A DNA stretch of 64,000 bases, from positions 31,186,001 through 31,250,000 of the forward strand of contig OZ038379.1 of NCBI GenBank assembly GCA_964036045.1, in the 5' to 3' direction. Below the pieces are notes generated by a model, which was not told where the DNA came from, did no database searches, and was given only the letters and a program-made list of their open reading frames with translations. The translations under genes and the position numbers were made by a program. Source of the DNA: Eutreptiella sp. 'Long Island Sound 2002'. Its lineage: Eukaryota > Protista > Euglenida. Numbering within the stretch: the stretch's first letter is position 1; the number at the start of each line of letters is the position of its first letter. Shown here piece after piece: positions 23,801 through 35,800 of this stretch.

Positions 23801-26800
23801 GCATCATCTCTGATTTGACCCAAAACAAGTGCAACAGGGTCCCAGAGCACCATAGCCTGTTGAAGATCCTTTGTAGGATTTTGTTATGGTTGAAAGCCCT
23901 CGGTGTGACAGACAGCTTCTTAACACTGGCAATGGCCGCCGTGTTATCCCCCACCACGCTCGCGGAGCTCCATTCAAATTTTTCCACCACGCTGGTGGCG
24001 CACCCCATGCCCCGCAGTTCTCCTTGTTGCAGATTCTATAACATGAAGGTTCTGGACCTAAAAGCTCCGTTCCTGAACGACACACCCACTCTATACTGCC
24101 CCCCCCCCCCCGCCTCTGCCGCGTCCACTGCCACCCAAGGTGCAAGCAGGGGGGGAGGGGGGGCGCCAAATACTGTCCCATGCACGGGCACAGTCCCAAT
24201 CAAGAACACATCAACCATGCTGAGGGTCATCATGCGTGAGGGTCTGCGAGCAAACCTGAACCCTTGAGACTTCCACCTACACCAGCCAAACATGAATGCC
24301 GTCATGCCCCGCCGGGGCCCAAACAGCCATTGTAGCCGACTTGTTACCCTCTCCACTCTTTTTGGTGTCAGGTTGGACACAACTGCCCTTACCACTAACG
24401 TCATCGCCTTGCGGATCATTGCCGGAGTGTTGCGCATTATCCCTCCGGCTAGGTCAAAAATATTACCAATCCAAGTGACCAGCGCCGACAGCTCCGTTTG
24501 GCTTTTGGTGCTTATCAACAGTGACGGTGGCTGCAAGAACTCGCATAGACCGGGCGTGACCAACTACAACAGGGCTTTGTCCCTTCGCAAAAGCAAGATG
24601 TCATCCAACTGATGGAAGTACACCACCCCAGTGCCAGCGAATCTACCCATATATCGCCTGATGAGGTCCCCCAACGTTTCTTGGGCAATAAGCGGAGAGT
24701 AGTTCCACCCAAATGGAAGTGCGTGAAAGTCCACCTCTTCCAAGCAGAACAGGTCCCTCACCGCAGCAGGCATCCTCAGCGAACAGTAGAAGTTCGTCAA
24801 GTCGATGGTGGTTCCGAACACAGGGCCTTGCCTTCTCATTGCTTGTATCCTGTTGAAGATCTCTGCCACTCATAATAAAAAAACGGGCGGCAAAAGTACA
24901 GTTGTTCGCTTGCAAAGCAATGCAGCAAACCTATGAAGCACAATGGACGCCCACAGAGCGCGTAAGTGCATAAGCTAAAATGCCAACACGCCCAGACAGC
25001 ACGCACACAACGCAATGCTTGGGCGAGCACTTGGGGTAACTCAAAAGACGGGTAGGGTGCCACAATCGCTGGCACCGGCACGAAGGCTAATGCACTCACC
25101 ACACATTGTGCAATCCCCATGTGACACAGAGTGCCACCTTCCCAGTAGACCTCTCCACCATTGGGCTCCGTGGACTTCACAAAGGAGAGATCTATGGGAA
25201 GCAAGGGATGCTGTTCTAGGGTGCTAAGAAAATCCAGCAATCTACCACGTGGCACACCGCCAGCACAGAGAAACAGTACCCAATCAAGCACAAGGAGGGT
25301 GTAATACAAGGAGCTAACGGCGGGATTTACGTCCATTGTTGTGCCACTTGCACCTGGGGCAGTGCCTCTGCCGTTTTAGCCGCCATAGCCGTTGTGGTAT
25401 CTTGCGGCAATGGTATAATTGCCGCTAATATGTAATGGGAGGCACCTCCATTAACTTGCTGCGCCCCCGAGCATTGGCAAGCCAAGAGGCCATGTGTTGA
25501 TAGGAGTCAACACATGACGCAATGCAGTCATGACTGGTGGGCAACAGGGCCTTGTGGGAGGGGGGTGGGTGCATTGCCTCTTACCCTGTGATGACATTTG
25601 CTGCGCTCGTGCGATCATGCCGACCCACAATTTGGTATGGCTGGCATGACGCGTCGTGAGTTTTTGCTTGCAAGTAGAAACTATTGGCACCTGTGAAGGT
25701 CATCGCATGCTGGGTGCCAAACAATCATTGTGCCGTCGCGTGCGGCACCAGCACATGATAAAAACGGTGTGCTATCTAATCGCTACGGATGTCAATAGTT
25801 TCACCAAAAATCTTTTCTATGGTTGCTTGCTACCTGTCTACGGACACGGTGGTTTTTAGGTTGCAAAGTCGGAACAGAATCGGGTCTTCGATGGTGCAAT
25901 GGACGGTGGCTTCAAAGACCTCATCTACTCGCTAGGGGGGGCACTAGATGGGTGGAGCAGTGGTACTTTTCGTTTCTTTTTTCCCTACTGGCTGACCCAT
26001 CACTGTCACCGCGTCATTCCCTATCCATCCAATGTTGGTCAAATTCTGTATTGCTGGCGCTCCTCTGGTGGGATTCTCCAAAAACCACCGAAAGAGGTGC
26101 AGAGGTGCTGAAGCGGAGCCCGTGGCCTGCAGGGTTGTCATGAGGCAGACGACTAGGGCGTGAACGTGCGCCTTATTGGGAGCCGATAGAACCATGGTGT
26201 GCAGTGCCCACCACATGGAGACAACGTTGTCTACTTTTTGCAAGGGGGCAGTATCGAGAAGGATAGTTTTGTCAATGTGCATCTGAAAGGCTATGTCAAA
26301 CGAATCGGTGTCCAGGCGTGCTTGTTGAAGGATAGGACGCACGTCATTTAGGAACTACGTTTGATCTGCTACATTCATCACTGAATGGGCCAGTTGCAGG
26401 CACAATGCATTCCACTCCTCGAGATGGGGCACGACCTCATGTCGCTTGACCACAAAGACTCTTGCGATCACTTGGTTGACGGCGGTGTGTAGCTGCGCTA
26501 GTGTGCTCACCATGGACAGGGCATTAACGACGGTGCTCTCCGCCTGGCAGCTTCTTAGAAGCTCCTTTAGCGTCGCCACAGCTGTGACGGCTGTTTGATC
26601 CGAGAACTGCTGCACATCCTCTAGCAAACGAGGCAGGAGATCTGTGTTCTCGGTGGGGGTCTCGGGGGCCACCAAGATGGGCTGCCAAGAGGGGGTACGG
26701 TCGGTAGTGTGAAAAGTGGGGGGCAGTAAGGAAGATCGCACATCGCTAGATGCTAAATTAGGGACCGCCGGAGGAGCTGCGACTAAGGGCGGGGTCCAGC

Positions 26801-29800
26801 ACAAGGTCGTTCACACCTGCTCCTAGCACATTAGTCACCTCTTCGGCCTTTAGTGGACAGTCCTCTATGCGCAACCACCCCCCCAATTTGGCGAAGAAAT
26901 CCCAATAATTCGGCAGAACAATTCGGCGGGCCTATTTTTCGGCGAAATGCTTCCAAGTCACCAGGATTATGGCCCTGGCCCCCCAAGCACACTGTCCCTT
27001 TGGTTGCTGTGTTGTCAGAGACATGTGGAAACCCTTATTAGCGGAAAAAAATTGCATCCTGCTGGTTTTAGAAGACGAAAAAGGGCGCTTGCAAAGCAAA
27101 AGCCATTGGTTTAATGGTTACAGAGTTCGGTTATAAAACCCGAAGAATTCGTGTACCCTGGTTCAAACCCCGTCAGGCCAGCTTTATCACCAATTGTGTG
27201 ACCTTGACCCACAGTCAAAGACAGGTTTGTGGAAGTGTTGGGGGGGTAACCTGATCCCACGCTTCAGTTTGCGGCGCTTTTTTTTCATGTGCACGGGAAA
27301 GCTGTCCACTTTTTGAATATCCAACGATATTTTTGAAACTGAGGCCCGAGTCTGGCCGGGGTCACCCAGAAAAATTATGAAACCTCAGAGTCCGAGACAG
27401 GTTTTTGGAAGTGTCTAGGGGGTAAGATGGTCCCACCGTTTCAGTTTGCGGCGCTTTTTTTTTCATATGCATGGGAAAGCTGTGCAGTTTCTAAATATCC
27501 AAGGGGTGTTAATTGGTATAACGACATTTTTGAAACCCGGGCCCACTTCTGGCCGGGGTCAGCCAGAAAAATGACAAAAAAACGAACAACAACAAGAGCA
27601 CATTCCTTTGGCACTGCACCCAACCCGCAAATGCAGAGAGAGAACAACTCCACCGCAGGTGACCCCGAACCCGGAAACCCCAACATGTCGGCAAAACGAG
27701 GCGGCAAGGTCCCAGAAACCTAGTGGTTCGGGAAAACAAATCGGCGAGATTCAGAAACCCAATAATTCGGGAGACCAATTCGGCAAAATCGGCCGAATTC
27801 CGCCGCCGAATTTGGGGGGGGGGGGGGGTTGTATGCGGAACTTCGTGGCATCCCGCTTCCTATCATAGAGCGGACTTAGCTGATTATGATGGGCCCATGG
27901 ACAGTAGATGGCGTGTAGAAGGTGTAGAGCAGCGTGTTTAGTGAAAACCCTGAGACCGTGCAGTACAGCGGGTTTTGACGTGATTTATAAAATCCGTCGA
28001 CGGGTAGAGACACTACATGGGTGATGAGTTGGACGTTGCTAATGTTATCGGACACGTGTGCCTGCCGCGGAGATGCGTCAGCTGGCCCAAGGATTGATCT
28101 TCACGTGGATACGCGGATGTGAGGTACTAAGCACTTTAGTGATGGAACAGAAGTTTCGGGTGATTTCGCAAAGAACAACGGACCCGAGACACGGGAACTA
28201 GAGAAAAATGGAGCACGACACAGAATCCGATGCAGCTCCATCTTAGTCTCATACAGCCTAGCGGACAGCAAGAGTTTAATTCTTGGGGCTCGGTAGAGCG
28301 GAGCTGGGTTCACCTAAGGGGTGCTGTAAGGAAAAAAAAACAACTCGGAGTGTCCAATAAGCCCCACGATGGCGGTTGGTGTGTAAGAGATGGCGGTTGG
28401 CGGGCAACCCATGGCGTTTGGTGGGTCACCGATGGCGGTTGGCGGGTACCGGATGGCAGTTGTAGGGTAACCGCTGGGGGTAACATGCAGACATAAAACA
28501 GCCCAAGAAAAACAAAGCCAAAAACAGTGCATGTGGTGGTAATTGAACCCACCAATTTTGGGAATCACTTGTACTACAACGACGAAATGAGGTACCTCAG
28601 GGTTTGGTAGGCATTAAACATCAAAGAGTGGAAGCTAAAGAAAAAGAAAAAGGTGGCCGTCCTTATAGCACCCCCTGGGTTCACTGCCTTTGCTTGCTCC
28701 GCGGGCGTTAGCTGGGCGTGTTTCTGAGCCATCTCCGTGCACAGAATAACTAGCACAAGGAGGCTGTACTCATTGACGGGCAAGACGCAGCTAGTTGGCA
28801 CCCTGATCCTGACCCCACATGACCAAGTTCCAGTCCGCTTATTCGGCACTCATACATGGAGCACATGCGCATGGCACCTACACGACATCAGGTACTTGGC
28901 AACAGTGTCACGGCGGACAGCGGACCGTGCGCACAACAGGTGCACAAAAGACTACTGTGACCGGCAATTGTGCTCCCTTTCCGCTTATTACGCACCTCCG
29001 ATTGGTCGCGAAGGGCAACGAAAAACGAGGCCGGGGCAGCCCCGGAGTCTTTCCCCCTCCCCGGGACATATGCGAGGGCTGTGGGCGTATAGACCCCCTC
29101 CACCCGAGGAGGAAGCCCAGTTGCAACCGCCGCGCAAGCAAAAGGGGGGGGGGGGGTTCGGTACGCAATAGGCTACTGCCGCGAATGTTGACCTTGAAAA
29201 AAAGTGAGTTTCCTCGACATGCGGACTACGTCAAGGAGTTCCGCACTTGCGTTATCAAGTCGAAGGTTAACACCAGTGACCTCCACATGGGTTACCTCTA
29301 AACTCTCGATTTGTTGAAGGTTTGTCGAATGACGCTGTTCGTCGGCAGTACATCGTTGAGGTCCGTTCGAGATGGCGTTCTGGGAGACCATTTGGGTTCG
29401 ATACCTTGGTAGAGACCATCGCAGAAGCCTGGCCGGCTACCGTGCTTCCTTCTCGCTCGTCCGGCACTCTTGCAAGATGCACATGCAGATACTAGCTACA
29501 GGATATTGCGCACATGGCAACACTGTCAACTGTCACAAGGGAAGGAACAAGGCGACCCCCATAGGTGCACAACAGGCTACTGCAACCGGCAACCGTGCTC
29601 CCGTCCCGAGTCCATGAGCGTCGCATATTCGTCACTAACAAACTTCATGCAGACACACCCAATCGAGCGGTCTCAATGGGTTACGGCAGTGCACAACAAG
29701 CAAACATGGTGACATATTCTCGGTGGCATTGCACATAATCTACACTTGCGAGGGGAGGGGGGCAGAAGCAAGTTCTTTGACGCCCCGGCTCAACAAGCGG

Positions 29801-32800
29801 ACCCTCCGGGGGCGGGGGGGGGGGGGCTTGGCGCAGGGCGGGGGAGGGGGGTTGCACTCGACAACGCTAGCATACCCTCTCAAGGAAGAGAATACCCAAA
29901 GTCTTTCGATTGGGAGGTTCGCACCTGGTTTAACCCAACGAGGACTGCAGCCTCTCATCCTTATGTTCTGGCCGTGCCTAGTCCGGTGGCGGCAAAGCCT
30001 CATGCAATTTCCTTGCGGTTCACCCCCGGAGACCGATGGTGGCAAGGCCCCGTGCCATCAACGTGGGGCTAGGCCCCGGAAGCCGATGGGGGAAGGGCTC
30101 TGTGCGATCGACGTTGGACCCGGCCCCAAAAGCCATTAGGGACAGGGCCCGTGCGATCACCGTATGGCTAGGCCCCACAAGCCGTTGGGGGCAGGGCTCC
30201 GTGCGACCGCCGTGGGCTTGGGCCCTGGAAGGCAATGGGGGCAAGGCCGGGTGCCACCCAAGTGGGGCTAGGCTCCACAACCCGTGAGGGACAGAGCCCC
30301 GTGGGACTGCCGTGTGGCTGGACCCCGGAAGCTATTTGGGGAGGGGTGTGTGCGACATGCCGTGGGGTTGGGCCTCAGAAGCCAATGGAGGCACGGCTCC
30401 ATGCCGCCTCCTTGGGCCTTGCCTCCATAAGATGTTGGGGGCACAGCTCGGTGCGACCGCAGTGGGGCTGGGCTACAAAGACCGATGGGCAACAGCCCCG
30501 GTGCAATAGCCGTGGGGATAGGCCTCCTAGCCGTTGGGCGTGGGGCCTTGTGGGACAGCCGTGCAGTTGGGCCGTAGAAGCCAATGGGGGCACGACCACG
30601 TCCAACCACCGTGGAGCTAGGCAACAGAAACGAAGGGCCTCGGAAGCTGTTCGGGGCTGTGCCTCGTGCGATCGCCGTGGGGCTGAGCCCCACAAGCCGT
30701 TGGGGGCAGGGCCTCGCAGTGAGGCTTGGCGCGAGAAGCTGTTGGGGGGGGGAGGGGCTATGGGACTGCCGTGGCGCTGGGCACTAGAAGCCGTTAGGGG
30801 CACGGCCCAAATCCAGCGCCATGGGGCCGACGCCATTGGGGGCAGGGCCGCGTTGGAGAGCTGTGGGGCTGGGCTCGAGAAGCCGTTGGGGGCAAGGGCT
30901 TTGGCGACTCCCGTGGGGTTGGGGCCCAAAAGGTAATGTGGGCACGGCTCCGTGCAACGCTTGTGTAGCTCCGGGCCAGAAGCCAATGGGGGCAGGGCCC
31001 CCTGCGATTGCCATGGGGCTCAGCACCACAAGCCGTTGGGAGCAGAGCCCTGTAGGCCGCTAAGGACGGGGCACTGGGCTGGGGCCTAAAAGCGGTTGGG
31101 GGCACGGCTCCATGCGACCGCCGTGGGGCTGCGTCCCAAATGCCTGGCAGGGCTCCGTGGGACTGACGTGGGGTTGAGGCCAAGAAGCCGTTTGGAGCAG
31201 GGTAGTGAGGCTGAGCTCCAAAAGCTAATGAGTGCAGGGCTCCGTGCGACTGCCCTGGGGCTAGGCACCAGAGGCAGTTGGTGGCGAGGCTACGAGGGAT
31301 CGCCGTGGGGCTGGGCCCAAGAAGCCGATGGGGACAGTGCCCCGTGCAATCGCCGTGGGGTGGGCACCAAAAGCCGATGCGGGCAGAGTCTTGTGCGACG
31401 TCCACGGTGTTGGGGTCCTTGGATGACCCACTCCTGTGATGCTTTGCCGTCGTTTGGTGCATGTTGATCCTGGTGCTCTGGTCAGGGCTCCTTGCAACAC
31501 TTATTGACCTGCCTTTGTGGTGCCCCGCCGTGAGATGGCTAGATGATCTATTCCTTGGACGCTTTGTAGTTGTTCGCTACAAGCAGCTCTGGACTGCAAC
31601 CCCAAAGCCATTGGGCCCCAATAGCCGTACGGGGCAGCACCTCGTGCGATCGTTGTGGGGCTGTGCCCCAAAAGCCGTTGGGGGCACAGCCCGTTTACGA
31701 GCGACGTGGGCCGGGCCGCAGAAGCTGTGGGCAGGGCGCTGTGCGACTGCCGTGGGGCTGGGCAATAGAAGCCGTTGGGGGTATTGCCCCAAGCGATCGC
31801 CTTGGAGAGGAGCCACAGAGACTGCCGTGGGGCTGTGCCCCAAAAGCTATGGGGGGCAAGGCTCTGTGGGACTGCTGTGGGGATGGGGCCCAAAAGCTAA
31901 TGGGGGCGCGGCTCTGTGCGACCCATGTGGGGCGGCGGCCCAGAAGCCAATGGGGGCAGCAGGCCCTGCGACTACTTTCGAGCTGGGCACAAGAAGCCGT
32001 TGGGGGCATGGCCCTCTGCGACCGGTGTGGGGCCGGGCCCTAGAAACCGATAGGGGCACAGCTCCATGCGACCGCCGTAGGGCCCGGCCCTAGAAGCCAA
32101 TGGGAGCATTGGTCCGTGCTACCGCCGTGGGGCTAGGCCCCACAAGCTGTTGGGTTTGGGGGGCTATTCAATCGCCGGGGGCTAGGCCCCAAAAGCCATT
32201 GGGGGCAGAGCCGTTTCCAACCGCCGTGGGGATGGGCCCCCAAGGCTGTTGGGGGTACGGGCCCGTGTCACCGCTGTGAGCCTCGGCCCCAGAAAGCGTT
32301 AGGGGCAAGGCTAGGTGCGATCGCCATGGGGCTGAGGCCCAAACTGTTGGCGGCAAGGCTCCGTCCAACGGGCGTGGGGCTGAGCCCTAGACGGGAAAGG
32401 GGGCAAAGCGCGGTGCGACCGGTGTGAGGCTTGGGCTCAAAAACCAAGGGGCAAGGCCCCCGCGTGATCGCTGAGGGGCTCGTCTCCAGAAGCCCTCTAC
32501 CACTGTGGGGCTAGGCCCAAAAAGCCGATACGGGCAGGGTGCATTGCGATCGACTCGGGGCTGGGCTCTAGCAGAAGGTGGGGGTACGGCTCCGTGCGAC
32601 CGCCGTAGGGCTAGACCCCAAATACCGATGGTGGTAGGGCCCCATGCAATCGCCGCATCGCACGTCACCCTTCCTGCATCAGCTTCTGGGGCCCAGCCCC
32701 ACGGTGATCTCACGAGGCGCTTCTGCCAACGGCTTACGGGACCTAGCGGCTTGTGGGGCCCAGCGCCACGGCGGTCGCGCAGGGCCCTCCGCACAACGGC

Positions 32801-35800
32801 TTGTGGGTCCAAGCCCCATGGCAATCGCAGGGGACCCCCACCCCTGGCCGTGGGGGTAGGCCCGAGAAACCGTGGGGGGCTGGGCCAGGTGCGACCAACG
32901 TGGGGCTGCGCCGCAAAAGCCGAATGGGGGCAGGGCTCCATGCGACTCCAGGGGCTGGGCACCAGAAGCCGATGAAGGCAGGAGCCCGTCCAATCACCGT
33001 GGGGCTTGGCACTAGATGCCGTTGGGGGCAGAGCCCGGTGCGCCTAGCACCGGGCTCTGCCCCGAAAGGCGATGGGGGCAGGGCTCCGTGCGACCGCCGT
33101 GGGGCTGGCCCCTAAAAGGCGATGGGGGCAAGGCCCCGTGCGACCGTCTGCGGGCTGGCCATCAGAATCCGTTAGAGGCAGGTTCTTGCAATCGTCGTCG
33201 GGATGCGCCCCATGAGCCGTTGGGGGCACGGGTCCAAGCAATCTCTATGGGGCTGGGCCTCAAAAGCCGCTAGGGGCAAGGCCCCGTGAAATTGCCTTGG
33301 GGTTCCCCCCCCGGAAACCGATGGCCGCGTGCAACCAACGTGGGACTCGGACCCGGAAGCGACTGGGGGCACGGGCCCGTGCGAGTCGCCTTGGAGCAAA
33401 CCCCAAGATGCCGTTGGCCGCACGGCCCTGCAATCGTCGTGGGGATGGGTTCCGAAAGCAATTGGTGGCGGGGCCCCGTGCGCCCGCCGTGGGGCTCAGC
33501 CCCGGAAGCTATTGGAGGCAAGGCTCCGTGCCACCGCCGTGGGGCGGAGCCGCAGAAGCTGATGGGGCATGGCTCTGTGCGACCGCCATGGGGCTGTGCC
33601 CAAGAATCCGGTGGCGGCAGGGCCCCATCCAATCGCCACGGGGCTGTGCCACAATAGCCGCTACGGGCAGGGACCTAGGCCATCGGCGTGGGGTTGGGCC
33701 CCGGAAGCCGATGCGGTTATGGAGAACGCTTTCTGCGCGCCGCAAGTGCGCCAGAGGCGCTGCAGGGTTTGAGAAACCTGCTTTATTGCAGAGTGTTCCG
33801 GAAACAAACCCGATAAAAGAGAAACAGGACACGTTGTTTCGTTTAACACCATCCCCCCATCAATCTCAAGACTGCGGCCCCGGCTCAACATGTAAAGTGT
33901 GGTGGGGAAATATCATCCTTCTGCTGTGGCCGAGGAGGAGGAGGGTTACTTGGTGAGAAATAGCAAAGCCCCAATACTACTTCATTCGCCATAACCCCTT
34001 ACCCCTAACCCCTGCAACCGGGTTGACACCCCGTAACATAGCGCGTGCCTTCTCGAGGTCGCCATGGTAGGGAGAGATCAACATGGCTATATAAAAGGAC
34101 CCTAATACATGGTAAAACTGGGCCCCAAGCCCCCCCAGGGTGCACAACAAGGTCATATCTAAAACCCTCCACAAATGAGGTAGATTTCCCGAACTGCATA
34201 CCACACGGCGTGCCGCAGGCGCCGCAGCGCCACAAGGGAAGCATTCTCATAGCTCCATGTGACCGATCGGGGGGCTGGGCCACATAAGCCGTTAGGGGCA
34301 GGGCCGTGTGCGATCCCCATGGAGCTAGGCCCCCGAAGCCGATGCGGGCACGGCCGCGTGTGACCGCCGTTTGGGTGGGCCCCGCAAAGCAATGAGAGGG
34401 GGATCCAATGGGATCACCATGGGGTTGGGCCGCGGAAGCCGTTGGGGGTAGGCCTCCGGGCAACCGGGTGGGGCTAAATCCCATAGGTCGTTGAGGGCGA
34501 GGCATCTGCGATTGCCATGGGACTGGGCCCCAAAAGCAGTTGGGGGCAACGCCCTGTGAGACCGCCGTGGGGCTGGGCCCCACCACCCAATGGTCCCGGG
34601 AGGCCGCTAGGGGCAGCTGCTTGTGCGATCGCCATGGGGGTCGGCCCCGGAAGCCGTTGGGATCAAGGCCCCGAGCAATAGCCGTGGGTTTGGGCGCCCC
34701 ACAGGCCCTTGGGGGCGGAGCCCCGTGTGACGGCCGTGGCGCTACGGCCCGGATGCTGGTGGGGGCGAGGCCCTTTGCAATCGCTAGGAGCTGGGGCCCG
34801 GAAGCTGACGGGTGGAGGGCCTCGTGCGACCGCGGTGTCGTTGGGCTTTGGAAGGCGTTGGGGGGAGGAGGTTGTGCGGTCCTTGTGAAGCTGAGCCCGT
34901 GAAACCGATGGGGGCATGGCTCTATGCGACCACCATGGGGCTTAGCCGAAGAAGCCCTTGGGGGCAGTGCCCTATCCAAACGCCACGGGGCATGGGCCCC
35001 AAAAGCCGATAGGGGCAGGGCCCTCGGCGATCGGCGTGGAGCTTGGCCCCAAGAGCCATTGGGGGCGGGGCCCCTGTAACCGCAGGCCGGGGCCCAAGAA
35101 GCTGTTGGGGGCCCTGTGCAATCGTTGTGGGGCTGGGCCCCGAACGTTGACAGGGGGAAGGGCCCCGTGCAACCGCGGTCTGGTTGGGCCTTAAAAGGCA
35201 TTGGGGACAAGGGCTCGTGTGATCGCCGTGGGGCTCGGCCCGAGAAGCCGTTGTGCGCGGGGCACCGTGCAACCGCCGTGGGCATAGGCCCTAGAAGTTA
35301 TTAGGGGCAGGGCCTTGTGCAATTACTGCGGGGCTCAGCTCCAAAAGCCAATGGAGGCAAGGCCTTATGCGATCCCCATGGGGATGGGCCACCGAGGCCG
35401 ATGCAGGCAGGGCCCCGATCAAAAGATGTCGGGTTAGGCCGCAGAAGCCGTTCGGGGCAGGGCCCCATGCGATCGCCGTGGGGATGGGCCCGAAAAGCCT
35501 TTCGGGGCAAGGGCTCGTGCAACCGGCGTGAGGCTGAACCTGAGAAGTCGTTGGGGGCAGCGCCTCGTGCGATCCACGTGGGGCTGGGCCCCCACACCCA
35601 ATGGGGGCACGCAGCGTGCAACCCCCCTGTGGCCGGGCCCCGGAGGGCGTTGGGGGTAGGGCCCCGTGTGATCGCGGTGCAGTGGCTAAGCACTAGAAGC
35701 GGACGGGGGTAGAGCCTTGAGCAACCGCCGTGTTGCTGGGCCCCGGAAGGCGCTGGAGGCACGGATCTTTGCGATCGCCGTGGGGCTCGGCCCAGGAGCC

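Noticed and set aside
29740-29800. GVKELASAP as the continuation of the LINE truncated at 40400
   Set aside because: The following sequence lacks the expected RT-proximal motifs. It is a short G-rich repeat end, so the match is likely coincidental.
33990-34015. TAACCCC-like telomeric motif
   Set aside because: Only two or three degenerate units, not an array.
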